A stretch of 64,000 nucleotides of DNA from a bacterium. GTDB lineage: Bacteria > UBA8248. Each line of letters starts with the position of its first letter. The stretch's first letter is position 1. The notes beneath the pieces were generated by a model. It was not told where the DNA came from and ran no database searches. It worked only from the letters and a program-made list of their open reading frames with translations. A program made the translations under genes and the position numbers. The DNA lies in NCBI GenBank assembly GCA_965219955.1, contig OZ244799.1, positions 3,616,001-3,680,000 of the forward strand, written 5' to 3'. Positions 1 to 10,490 of the stretch are shown piece after piece.

Positions 1-1221
1 CGAGAGGCGGACCTTTCCTCCGCCGGCCAGGAGGAATTCGCCAGGTGGCTGGTTCGTTCCGTCGCGGGCGTGAGCCCGGCCCTGGCGCGTGCGCTTGCGC
101 GCGCTTCGGGCGCAGATGAGGGCTGGACCGGGGCGGCGGATACGCTGATGAGCGTCGTCGAGAGCTATCAGAAGAAAGAATTCTCCCCCGCATGGTTGCT
201 GGGAGCGGACGGCGAACCCGAAAGCCTGAGCGCGGCCCGAATTCCCGGGGTGGATGCAGCCTCATACCGCGCGTTTGATTCCATGAACGAGGCGGCGGAT
301 GCGTTTTACGGACGGCTCGTGAAATGCTCCCGGCTTGATGAGCGGAAAAAAGGAGTCTCAAAGGCCCTCCGCCGCGCGGGGGAGCGGGTGCGCTCTTCCA
401 TCGAGGCGGTGCGGAGGGACCTGGCTTCCGCCGGGGAGGCGGAAGACGTGCTCAGGAAAGGGGAACTCCTGCTCGCGCATCTGGACGAGGTGGAGGAGAA
501 GGCGAGCGCCGTATCGGTTTCTTCGGAGAGCGGCCCTGTAGAGATCGCGCTCGACCCCAGGTTCACGCCCTCGGAGAACGCGCAGAAGTATTTCCGCCGC
601 TACAAGAAGCTCAAGCGCCGCGCCTCGACCGGGCTGGCGCGCTTACAGGAGATGGAGGAAGAGGAGAGATTCATCGGCGCGCTGGCGTTCGACCTGGAAT
701 CGGCGGAGGAGACGGAAGACCTCCTGGGCGTGGAAGAAGCGCTCGCCCAGGCGGGCTACGCCGGGCGCGGGCGGGAGAAAAAGGCAAAAGACGCGCGCAC
801 GAAGGGCAGGCAGGCGGCGCGCGCCAGGCCCTACAGGCGGTTCGTCTCCCCCGCGGGCTGGGAAGTGGTCGTCGGCAGGAACGCGATGGGCAACGACGAG
901 ATGCTGAAAAACGTGGGCCGGGCGAGCGACACCTGGCTTCACGCGCGCGGGGTTCCGGGCAGCCACGTTCTCCTGCGCCGCGCGGACGGGGAGCCTGCGG
1001 CGCCGGATGAGGAAACGCTCGCACAGGCGGCGGCGTTCGCGGCCTATTTCAGCCGGGGACGGACGGACTCCAAGCTCCAAGTCGCCTACCTTCCCTTTTC
1101 GCGCTTGAGAAAACCCAAGGGGCGGCGGCCCGGCCAGGTGCTGATCGGCGCGCACGAGACGGTCCTCGTCGACCCGGACACAGGGAAACGGCTCTGCGAG
1201 GAATGGGAGGAGGTCGGCTGA
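1..1221 (+). CDS. rqcH: NFACT/FbpA family ribosome quality-control protein (5' partial)
   Basis: Frame is open from base 1. Contains LDPRFTPSENAQKYFRRYKKLKR and the NFACT-R motifs VGRNAMGND, DTWLHARGVPGSHV, AAYFS. Confidence 0.9.
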   Translation, partial: READLSSAGQEEFARWLVRSVAGVSPALARALARASGADEGWTGAADTLMSVVESYQKKEFSPAWLLGADGEPESLSAARIPGVDAASYRAFDSMNEAADAFYGRLVKCSRLDERKKGVSKALRRAGERVRSSIEAVRRDLASAGEAEDVLRKGELLLAHLDEVEEKASAVSVSSESGPVEIALDPRFTPSENAQKYFRRYKKLKRRASTGLARLQEMEEEERFIGALAFDLESAEETEDLLGVEEALAQAGYAGRGREKKAKDARTKGRQAARARPYRRFVSPAGWEVVVGRNAMGNDEMLKNVGRASDTWLHARGVPGSHVLLRRADGEPAAPDEETLAQAAAFAAYFSRGRTDSKLQVAYLPFSRLRKPKGRRPGQVLIGAHETVLVDPDTGKRLCEEWEEVG

Positions 1222-1249
1222 GGAAGGTTATCGAATGTCCTTCCGGCCT

Positions 1250-1277
1250 GTAGGGGCGGTTCGCGAACCGCCCCTAC
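1250..1277. repeat. GTAG-type REP, perfect 28-bp palindrome GTAGGGGCGGTTCGCGAACCGCCCCTAC
   Basis: Exact self-reverse-complement; near-identical copy at 50709-50736. Confidence 0.85.
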
Positions 1278-1451
1278 GACTATTTGAACCATCCGTTTTG
1301 GCGTATAGGTTCCGTTCACCTATTGGTGCAGATACAACCCGGCTACAAAGAGGAGCAGAGTTGCGCATCTGACTCCTGGTCGATAGATTTACTTTTCGCT
1401 ACAGGTTCTGTTATTATACGTACGGTAAAGTTGCCTGTGGGGAGGAGCCAG

Positions 1452-1643
1452 ATGGACAATGAAACCAGGCAGGCGTTCAAAAAGATTCATGATCGGTTCG
1501 ATAGCTTGGAATCGAAAATGGATGAAGGGTTTGAAGAAGTGAAGAACATGATGGATCACGGGTTTAGCCAGTTACTCCCGGAAGAACAATGGCCACCGAG
1601 CGAACACGATCTCCAAAGGGCAGAAATTAGAAGGAAGCTATAA
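1452..1643 (+). CDS. Small hypothetical coiled-coil protein (63 aa)
   Basis: GGAGGAG RBS before ATG 1452; AT-richer segment; sequence DRFDSLESKMDEGFEEVK. Confidence 0.6.
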   Translation: MDNETRQAFKKIHDRFDSLESKMDEGFEEVKNMMDHGFSQLLPEEQWPPSEHDLQRAEIRRKL

Positions 1644-1700
1644 CGCCAAGAATTCTCAGTTTCTACGAGGCTTCTCCCAAGGAACTGTAATCTCAATGGC

Positions 1701-2120
1701 CTAATCCCCCTCCAGAATCCTCTTCAGGTTCGCCAGTTCCCGGATGTTCCGGAGCGTGCCGTCGCGGTGTTTGGCCTGGTTTTCGTATTCGTCGCACTCG
1801 ACGGTGTGGAGAACGTGGGTGCAGGGGCCTTCTTCCTCGAAGTAGTAGCTGATGATCATGACGGGCGTTTTCGAGTCGCCCTCGAAGTTGTGCCAGACGA
1901 TCTGTTTATACGGCTCCCATACCATCATCTCCGAGACGTGCTCGGCTCCGCTCGTGTAGACCTGGTGGAATCGGGTACCCACCCCGCTCTTCTTCTCGGA
2001 TATGATTTTCACGCTCTGGCTGAAATCCGCGATTTGCGGGTGGGTCTCCACGTGGCCGATGAAGTCGAAGACTTTCTCGGCGGGAGCGCGTATTTTCTCG
2101 ATGACAGCCACGGGAGGCAT
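1701..2120 (-). CDS. SRPBCC (START/polyketide cyclase-like) family protein
   Basis: IRAPAEKVFDFI...GVGTRF pattern; paralog at 56689-57111. Confidence 0.8.
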   Translation of the reverse strand: MPPVAVIEKIRAPAEKVFDFIGHVETHPQIADFSQSVKIISEKKSGVGTRFHQVYTSGAEHVSEMMVWEPYKQIVWHNFEGDSKTPVMIISYYFEEEGPCTHVLHTVECDEYENQAKHRDGTLRNIRELANLKRILEGD

Positions 2121-2132
2121 AAGCGTTCTCCT

Positions 2133-3296
2133 TTATATGAATTTCGCCAGGACCTGATTGGCCAGAAGGGTTCCCTTGTCGGACAGGCGAAGCCGGCCGT
2201 TTTCTCTCGCCACCAGGCCGGAATTCTCGAGTTCACGGAACAGTTCCCCGAACGCCTCTTCGGGGTCCGCGCCGCACTCTTGCGCGAGGCGCCCCAGCGA
2301 GACGCCCTCTTTCACCCGAAGGCCGAGCATCAGGGCCTCGCCGAGCGCTTTTTGGGGGTCGTCCACGCGCTCTTCGCCGACTGCGGGGTCGCCCGCGTTT
2401 TGCGCGTAGACGTCGGGCCTGGCGTGGTTCCACAGCCGCTCCCCGGCCATGAGGGAATGCGCGCCTGCGCCCAGGCCCAGGTAGTCTCCCCGCCGCCAGT
2501 AGTTCAGGTTGTGCCTGCACGCGAAGCCGGGCCTTGCGAAATTGCTGATCTCGTAACGCTCGTAGCCGGCTTGAGAGAGGGCCGAATCCCTGAGTTCCCA
2601 CATGCGGAGCGCCGTCTCCTCGTCGGGTAGGCCGTTCAACTCCCCCCGCGCCCGGCGCGCATGAAACGCCGTGCCCGGCTCGATGGTCAGCTCATAGGCG
2701 GAGAGATGCTCCGGCCCCAAATCGAGGGCGCGCTCGATGTCGCGCTCGGCCATGTCTATCGTCTGATACGGGATGCCGAACATGAGATCGAGCGAGACGT
2801 TGGTGAAGCCCGCCTCGCGCGCGGAGCGGAAGGCGCGTTCAGCGTCATCGCCCGTATGGACCCTGTCGAGCCTCTTGAGCGCTTTGTCGTCGAACGTCTG
2901 GACGCCGATGCTGATCCGGTTGACGCCCGCCTCGCGCAGCGCGCCGAAGCGCTCGGCCTCCGCCGCCCCGGGGTTCGCCTCCAGGGTGATCTCGCAATCC
3001 GGGCCTAGATCGAACGTCGCGGCGACGAGGTCCAGAATCCGCCTCGTTTCTTCCGCCGGGAACAGCGAGGGCGTTCCCCCGCCGAAGAATATCGTGCCGA
3101 CCTCCCGGCCTTCCAGGGAAAACGCCTCGGTGCGGCTTTTGATTTCCTCGGTCAGCGCGTCCGCATAGCGGCGCGCCCAGTCCTCTTCGGCATGGCCTTT
3201 TTCCAGCAGGGTGTCCAGGGCGTAGGAGTTGAAATCGCAATACCCGCACTTGGCGATGCAGAAGGGGATGTGGATGTAAAGCGATAGCGGTTTCAT
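2133..3296 (-). CDS. hemW: Radical SAM heme chaperone HemW
   Basis: LYIHIPFCIAKCGYCDFNS (CxxxCxxC), FFGGGTPS, YEISNF, HNLNYW, YLGLGAGA; start trimmed to MKPLSL. Confidence 0.92.
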   Translation of the reverse strand: MKPLSLYIHIPFCIAKCGYCDFNSYALDTLLEKGHAEEDWARRYADALTEEIKSRTEAFSLEGREVGTIFFGGGTPSLFPAEETRRILDLVAATFDLGPDCEITLEANPGAAEAERFGALREAGVNRISIGVQTFDDKALKRLDRVHTGDDAERAFRSAREAGFTNVSLDLMFGIPYQTIDMAERDIERALDLGPEHLSAYELTIEPGTAFHARRARGELNGLPDEETALRMWELRDSALSQAGYERYEISNFARPGFACRHNLNYWRRGDYLGLGAGAHSLMAGERLWNHARPDVYAQNAGDPAVGEERVDDPQKALGEALMLGLRVKEGVSLGRLAQECGADPEEAFGELFRELENSGLVARENGRLRLSDKGTLLANQVLAKFI

Positions 3297-3392
3297 GGCG
3301 TTTTCTTTTTGTCCGTGAAATAAAAGCCCCAAACCCTTTTTTCTATGATACCCTTCTTTTCCATCATTTTGGAAAGCCGAAGGGGAGCAGAG

Positions 3393-4955
<1,563 letters not shown>

Positions 4956-4992
4956 ATCATTACGAAGGACCTGAGGCGCAAGGAGAGATTTG

Positions 4993-5724
4993 ATGGACAG
5001 GGCGATTTGGGCGACGTGGTACGACCTGCCCGACGATGGGGCGAACGAATTTATTTCCTGGCTGCACGAGGTGCATCTGCCCGAGATGCTGGAACGCTCC
5101 GGCTACCTGTGGGCGGCGCACGTGGACAACGACAAGAGCGAAGAGCGAAAAGAGAACGTGAACCGGCGCCTCACGCACACCGACGACCCTTCCGTTCCGG
5201 CCGGCAACGGGTATCTGATGCTGTTCGGCGCGGAGAGCGTCCACACGTTTCTGGATCCCTCTCCCGTGCAGTTGGCCGAAGGCTGGGGGCCGGACGAGCG
5301 CGAGATGCTGGGGCTGCGCGGGGGTGTGCGCGAGTGCGTTTTCGTGGAGACGGGGCGTATCGACGGCCCCGAGATAGGGCAGCGCGCCCCGGGCATCACG
5401 CCGGGGCCCAGAATCCAGATGGGGAGCTTCAACAGCAACGCGCTTGAGAACGAGGAGGGCATGGGCGCATGGTACGTCCAGCTTCGCTTTCCGCGCATGC
5501 AGACCCTGGAGGGCTGCGTGGGCATGCGGAAGCTGGTTTCGGTTTGCGGCTGGGCCAAGCACGCCGTGCTCTATGAGTTCGATCTCAACACTTCCGTCGA
5601 GCATTATTTCCAGAAGGAACTGGAGAGCGAGGACTGGTCGCGGGAGATGGTGGGCAGCCTCGTGCATGCGCCCGGCTCGCCGAGCACCGGAAAGCGCATC
5701 TGGCCGCCGGTCGATTCGCCCTGA
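4993..5724 (+). CDS. Hypothetical protein, probably two DUF4286/EthD-like dimeric alpha-beta barrel repeats
   Basis: WYDLP...FISWLHEVHLPEM and a second repeat ENEEGMGAWY...RFPRM; AGGAG RBS. Confidence 0.65.
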   Translation: MDRAIWATWYDLPDDGANEFISWLHEVHLPEMLERSGYLWAAHVDNDKSEERKENVNRRLTHTDDPSVPAGNGYLMLFGAESVHTFLDPSPVQLAEGWGPDEREMLGLRGGVRECVFVETGRIDGPEIGQRAPGITPGPRIQMGSFNSNALENEEGMGAWYVQLRFPRMQTLEGCVGMRKLVSVCGWAKHAVLYEFDLNTSVEHYFQKELESEDWSREMVGSLVHAPGSPSTGKRIWPPVDSP

Positions 5725-5752
5725 GGGCGCAGCCCGGAATTCCCCGGCTTGA

Positions 5753-6312
5753 CCCCCCCCTCCTCAAGGGATAAAGGAACCCCCCTTATCGGGGCTGTTG
5801 AAAAAGTCCCTCGATGTGGGAAAACCACCGTCATTCCGGCGAAAGCCGGAATCCATTTTGTGATTTTTGCTTTCGTTTTCGCATTTGGCTCCGCCTCGCG
5901 GGAGGGAGTTGCGCGCCCGAATCCGGAACGGATGAGGCGGATATGTATGGCGGTGCCCGTATCTTCCCAGGGCGGGAGAGAGTACGGCCGGGCGAAAGGC
6001 CAAAGACAAAGGCGAAAATGGATTCCGGGCAATCCCTCCCTCCTCGGTCGGCATTGATTGCCGGAATGACGAACCAAAACCCTACCACCTCACCCTGAGT
6101 AGCGGCGAAGCCGCGTATCGAAGGGCGAGGCCCCGCACCCATCGGGGGACGTTCGTCCTTCCTCCTTCGATACGGCGCTGGCGTGCCTACTCAGGATGAG
6201 GAGGTTGGGGTGCTTGCGCGCCCGTCCCGAAATCGGCTTTTTCAACAACCCCGATAAGGGGGGATAGGGGGGTGATTTTATCCCCCGCCGAGGGGGACTT
6301 TTTCAATGGCCC
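5753..6312. mobile_element. Nested repeat mosaic 1: D-type hairpin halves > TIR element > REP-A pair + REP-B pair
   Basis: 26-bp inverted repeat 5781-5806/6237-6262 (1 mismatch); REP-A 5830-5855/6019-6070; REP-B 6088-6201. Confidence 0.85.
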
Positions 6313-6340
6313 CGTGGCGGATTCCTGAAGCCTTAAAATG

Positions 6341-6376
6341 AAACCGCCGGGGCCTCGCGTGAGACCCCGGCGGTTT
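6341..6376 (-). terminator. Rho-independent terminator of the tct operon
   Basis: AAACCGCCGGGG...CCCCGGCGGTTT stem just downstream of the tctC stop. Confidence 0.7.
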
Positions 6377-6388
6377 TGCCGATGAGGC

Positions 6389-7378
6389 CTATTTCTTCTT
6401 CACGCCGATGCTGGCGAAAATCTTCCCGAAACGATTGTATTCGTCCGCGAGGTCTTTTTTGAGCGCATCGCCGTAGAGCGGCGTGGGCACTTCGCCCATT
6501 TTGCTGATGAGCCTGCGGTAGGACTTGTTCTTCAGCAGCTTCTTGAAACCCTCCACGAGGAAGTCGACGCGGTCCTGCGGGATGCCCTTGGGCCCGATGT
6601 AGAAGCGTTTCGAAGCCAGTATGAAGTCCACCCCGTTCTCCTTCATGGTCGGAACTTTCGGGAACAATTTCACCCGCTTCTCCGAGCAGACGCCCAGGAT
6701 GTTCAACTGCCCGCGCTTGTAGCGTCCCAGTGTACCGCCCGTGGCGGGCAGCGCGCCCGCGCTGTCCACGTGGCCGCCGAGCATGGCGCGGAAGGCGGGG
6801 CCGCCGCCCTTGAAGGGAATGTGGTTCAGCTTGATGCCCGTGTCGGCCATGATCTTGAGGATCATGAGATGCCCTGTGCCGTAGATGCCCGAGGAGCCGT
6901 AGCTCACCTTGCCGGGGTTTTTCCTGGCCGCCGCGGCGAACTCCTTGAAATTCTTCCAGGGCTTCGACGCCGGGGAGACCATCATGTAGTCCGCCTTGTT
7001 GATCATGAAAATCGGCACGAAATCCTTGAGCGGGTCGTAACCCATGTTGCGCACGTGCGGGCCGATGGTGAGATGGGAGGCGGAGGCCAGCATGATGGTG
7101 TGGCCGTCGGGCTTCGCGCGCTTGAGCGCCGTCATCCCGATTTTTCCGCCGCCGCCCGGCATGAGCTGCACGATCATCGGCTGGCCGAAATAATCGTTGG
7201 CCACGCTCGCCACGGCGCGGGAGTTCATGTCGTGCGAACCGCCCGCGCCCAGGGCCACGATGACGCGGATGGGTTTCCAGGGAAACTTTCTGGCGGCCTC
7301 CGCAGGCGTCGCGCTCGCCACGAATACGAGTGCGAGCGCAAGCGCGAGTCCTGCCGGGAGCAATTTGGTGATTTTCAT
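6389..7378 (-). CDS. tctC: Tripartite tricarboxylate transporter substrate-binding protein (TctC/Bug)
   Basis: Signal peptide MKITKLLPAG...AEAA; FPWKPIRVIV, PGGGG, KPDGHTI, HIPFKGGG; AGGAG RBS. Confidence 0.92.
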   Translation of the reverse strand: MKITKLLPAGLALALALVFVASATPAEAARKFPWKPIRVIVALGAGGSHDMNSRAVASVANDYFGQPMIVQLMPGGGGKIGMTALKRAKPDGHTIMLASASHLTIGPHVRNMGYDPLKDFVPIFMINKADYMMVSPASKPWKNFKEFAAAARKNPGKVSYGSSGIYGTGHLMILKIMADTGIKLNHIPFKGGGPAFRAMLGGHVDSAGALPATGGTLGRYKRGQLNILGVCSEKRVKLFPKVPTMKENGVDFILASKRFYIGPKGIPQDRVDFLVEGFKKLLKNKSYRRLISKMGEVPTPLYGDALKKDLADEYNRFGKIFASIGVKKK

Positions 7379-7404
7379 GTCCGGTCTCCTTTGTGGGTGC
7401 GCAT

Positions 7405-8901
7405 CTATTCGCCCCCGGGCGTCGCCCAGGGCCGCTTCCAGATGCTCATGAAAAGAATCAGTGCGGCCAGAAGGATGAAGAACAGCGATATCGGGCGCGT
7501 GAAGAACACCGAGTAATCGCCTTGCGAGAGCAAGAGGGCCTGCTTGAAGGAGCGCTCCGCCATCGGCGTGATGATGTAGGCGATGACAAGGGGCGCGAGC
7601 GGGTAGTTCATCTTCCGGAGAAGGTAGCCGAACACGCCCGCGATGAGGGAGAGCTCCACGTCGCCCAGGTTGTTCTGGAAGATGTAGCCCCCCACCACGC
7701 AGAACATGATGATGCACGGTAGCAGCAGCGACTGCCGGATGGTGACCACCCAGGCGAATATGCCGGTGAGCAGCCAGCCCTGGACGAGCATGATGGGGTT
7801 TCCGATGAGGAGCAGGGTGAAGATGGCGTACATCGTCGTGGCGTTTTCTTCGAACAGCGACGGCCCGGGCCTTAAGCCCTGCGCGATGAACGCTCCCATC
7901 AGGATGGCCGCCGTCCCCCCGCCGGGGATTCCGAGCGTGAGGGTGGGGATCAAGTCCGCCCCCGCAACGGCGCTGTTGGCGGCTTCGGCCGCCGCCACGC
8001 CCTCATAGCTGCCTTTGCCGAATTCCTCCGGTTTTTTCGAAGCCCGCTTCGCCGCGCCGTAGCCGATGAAGGTGGCGATGGATGAACCCGTCCCCGGGAT
8101 CGCGCCGACGATGGTGCCGATGATCGAGGAGCGGAAGATCGTCCTGCCCGAGGCGGTGAATTCCTCCAGCTTGAGCGAGCGTCCGCCCCTTAGGTGTGAG
8201 GTCGGCGGTTTTTCGGCGAGTTGGGATATCTTCTTTTCCGCCTGGATGAGCACCTCGCTCACCGCGAACAGGCCGATGAGCAGGGGAACGAGGCCGATGC
8301 CGCCCTCGAGCGTGGGCAGACCGAAGGTAAACCGCTCCGCGCCCGAGATGGCGTCGAGCCCCACGAGGCCGAACATCAGTCCGATGAGGGCGGAGAGGAT
8401 GCCCTTCGATACCGATGCGCCCGTGACGCTCGATATGACGGTGAGGCCCATGACGAGCAGGCCGAAGAAATCCGCCGGCCCGAACTTGAGCGCCATCGCC
8501 GCGAGCGGGATGGCCGCGACAATGAGCGCGATGTCGCTGAACGTGTCGCCCAGGGTGGAGGAGTAGAGCGACATCTGGATCGCGCTTTTCGCCTCGCCCT
8601 TCTGGGCGAGAGGGTATCCGTCGAGACAGGTGGCCGCGGCCGGCGGCGTGCCGGGCGTGTTGACGAGGATCGCCGGAATCGAGCCGCCGAAAAGCGCGCC
8701 CTTGTGCACCCCCAAGAGGAAGGGAATCCCCAGCGTGGGCGCCATGAAGAAGGAAAACGGTACGAGAATCGCCGTCGCCATCACCCCCGTGAGGCCGGGA
8801 ATCGCGCCGACGGTGATGCCCGCGAAGACGCCGATAGCCACCATGCCCAGCGCCTCGAAGGTGAGCGCGATCGAGATGCCCTCCAGGATCTGTTCGATCA
8901 C
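7405..8901 (-). CDS. tctA: Tripartite tricarboxylate transporter permease TctA
   Basis: GAIPGLT, ILVNTPGTP, DGYPLA, LTLGIPG; GTG start overlaps the tctB stop. Confidence 0.93.
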   Translation of the reverse strand: MIEQILEGISIALTFEALGMVAIGVFAGITVGAIPGLTGVMATAILVPFSFFMAPTLGIPFLLGVHKGALFGGSIPAILVNTPGTPPAAATCLDGYPLAQKGEAKSAIQMSLYSSTLGDTFSDIALIVAAIPLAAMALKFGPADFFGLLVMGLTVISSVTGASVSKGILSALIGLMFGLVGLDAISGAERFTFGLPTLEGGIGLVPLLIGLFAVSEVLIQAEKKISQLAEKPPTSHLRGGRSLKLEEFTASGRTIFRSSIIGTIVGAIPGTGSSIATFIGYGAAKRASKKPEEFGKGSYEGVAAAEAANSAVAGADLIPTLTLGIPGGGTAAILMGAFIAQGLRPGPSLFEENATTMYAIFTLLLIGNPIMLVQGWLLTGIFAWVVTIRQSLLLPCIIMFCVVGGYIFQNNLGDVELSLIAGVFGYLLRKMNYPLAPLVIAYIITPMAERSFKQALLLSQGDYSVFFTRPISLFFILLAALILFMSIWKRPWATPGGE

Positions 8902-9374
8902 GGGAACAGGCTCCCCTCGGGCAGGACGACCTGGAAACTGAACCAGAAGAAATAGGTGAGGAACAGCGGGAACAGGATGGCGGCCGAGACGAGCAGGCGC
9001 CAGTCCCTGATGCCGAGCAGGTAGATAATGGCGGCCATGAAAAAGGGTGAGGTATAAGAGAACCCGAAGAGCTTGAGCGCCTGCACGTAGAGGAATGTGA
9101 GGGCGAGGACGGCGCAGACCCGGGTGAGCGAGCCCCTGGCGTCGTCCCATAACCGTTCGCCGGAAAAGTTCTTGAGCGCGGCGCCCATCATCAGCACACA
9201 GGTCACGGCGAAGAGCGCCATGGTGAATTGCGGGAAGAACTCGGGCCGCAGCACGGCGGGCGTGGACTCGTCGATGGGGATGGAGGAGACGATCTGGTAG
9301 GGGATGATATACGCGAATGCCGCAATGGTGAACACGAGAAAAGCGACGCCCGTTATCAGATCGGCCTTGCGCAT
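8898..9374 (-). CDS. tctB: Tripartite tricarboxylate transporter TctB
   Basis: About 4 TM segments, PEFFP motif, C-terminal FQVVLPEG; upstream of tctA. Confidence 0.88.
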   Translation of the reverse strand: MRKADLITGVAFLVFTIAAFAYIIPYQIVSSIPIDESTPAVLRPEFFPQFTMALFAVTCVLMMGAALKNFSGERLWDDARGSLTRVCAVLALTFLYVQALKLFGFSYTSPFFMAAIIYLLGIRDWRLLVSAAILFPLFLTYFFWFSFQVVLPEGSLFP

Positions 9375-9579
9375 ACCTGGTCCCGTTCTTCTTCACGCCG
9401 TAGGCGTTGGAGCCGCCCGGCGCTGCGGGCAGCCGCTCATGGATCGTTCACGTTCGAGCGGCGACCGCCTTCCGGTTGATTTTCTCTTTATGGGAAATAA
9501 TGTATCTTCATTGCTCGTTTCGCGCAATCAGGATGAGGGGGTCGGCTCCTTTTCGGCTTGCGCCTTTGAGGAGAGGGAT

Positions 9580-10020
9580 ATGTTCGAGACCACGCGCGGC
9601 GCCGTGGACGTGGGACTTTCCACGAGGAACATCGCCGCAATGAAGAAGTTCTACACCGAGGTTCTGGGCCTGGAAGAAGCGGCGGTTATCGACGTGCCGG
9701 GCGATTTCGTGCGCGCGGCGGGCTTCGCCAAAGGCGGCGTGAAGCTCCACGCCCTGAAGTCGGGCGAGGTTTTGATAAAGCTGCTCGAATTCCCCGAAAG
9801 CCCCGCCGCCGGGAGCGACCCGCTGGCCGATTCGGCCGCCGGGTTCCGCTACCTCACCTTCTGGGTGAAGGACATGGAGGCCGCCGTGGCGCACCTGCGC
9901 GATGCGGGCGTGGAGTTGTTGTCCGATATATTGTCCCGCGTGCCCGAGAGAAAGACGATATTCTTCAAGGACCCCGACGGCAACCTGCTCGAACTCAACT
10001 GGGTGGACCCGGCGGTTTGA
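9580..10020 (+). CDS. VOC/glyoxalase family protein
   Basis: FYTEVLGL, RYLTFWVKD, FFKDPDGNLLEL; GAGGAG RBS. Confidence 0.88.
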   Translation: MFETTRGAVDVGLSTRNIAAMKKFYTEVLGLEEAAVIDVPGDFVRAAGFAKGGVKLHALKSGEVLIKLLEFPESPAAGSDPLADSAAGFRYLTFWVKDMEAAVAHLRDAGVELLSDILSRVPERKTIFFKDPDGNLLELNWVDPAV

Positions 10021-10075
10021 GGTAAAGCGAATGCACAGGCTTTTTCAATCCATACCTGACAGGAGATAAGAAAAG

Positions 10076-10459
10076 ATGAAACTGACGTACGATCACATTC
10101 ATTGCGTTCACACCGACGTGGACGAGGCGGTAGGCTTTTACGTGAACGTATTCGGAGCGACCGAGACCAACCGCATCGACAGGGGCGGCGCGCCGCAGGT
10201 CTATCTCGACGTGCACGGGACGAGCGTCATCATCCGCGGCAAGCGCGACGGCGAGGAACTGGCGGCGGGGCCGGGCGGCTGGCCGCGCTACAGCATCGAT
10301 CACTACGCGTTCTGCGTGGAGGGCAAACTCGCCGATGCGGTCGCCGAGGTCCGCGCGAACGGCGGAAACGTCGTCGCCGAAGGCGAGGCGGACGAGCTCT
10401 GGTTCGCCTACGTGGAAGGCCCCGATGGCGTCGTCGTCGAACTGATGGAGATGAAGTAG
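10076..10459 (+). CDS. VOC/glyoxalase family protein
   Basis: YDHIH, IDHYAF, EGPDGVVVELME. Confidence 0.88.
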   Translation: MKLTYDHIHCVHTDVDEAVGFYVNVFGATETNRIDRGGAPQVYLDVHGTSVIIRGKRDGEELAAGPGGWPRYSIDHYAFCVEGKLADAVAEVRANGGNVVAEGEADELWFAYVEGPDGVVVELMEMK

Positions 10460-10490
10460 AAACGGCGGTGGGCCGGGGGGGCGGTCAAGC

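Noticed and set aside
5604-6142. ORFs with VIPAKAGI / MDSGFRRND / PSIRRLRRLLRVR motifs (also near 15.8, 42.6, 47.2, 50.7 and 60.7 kb)
   Set aside because: These are translations of REP palindromes, not genes.
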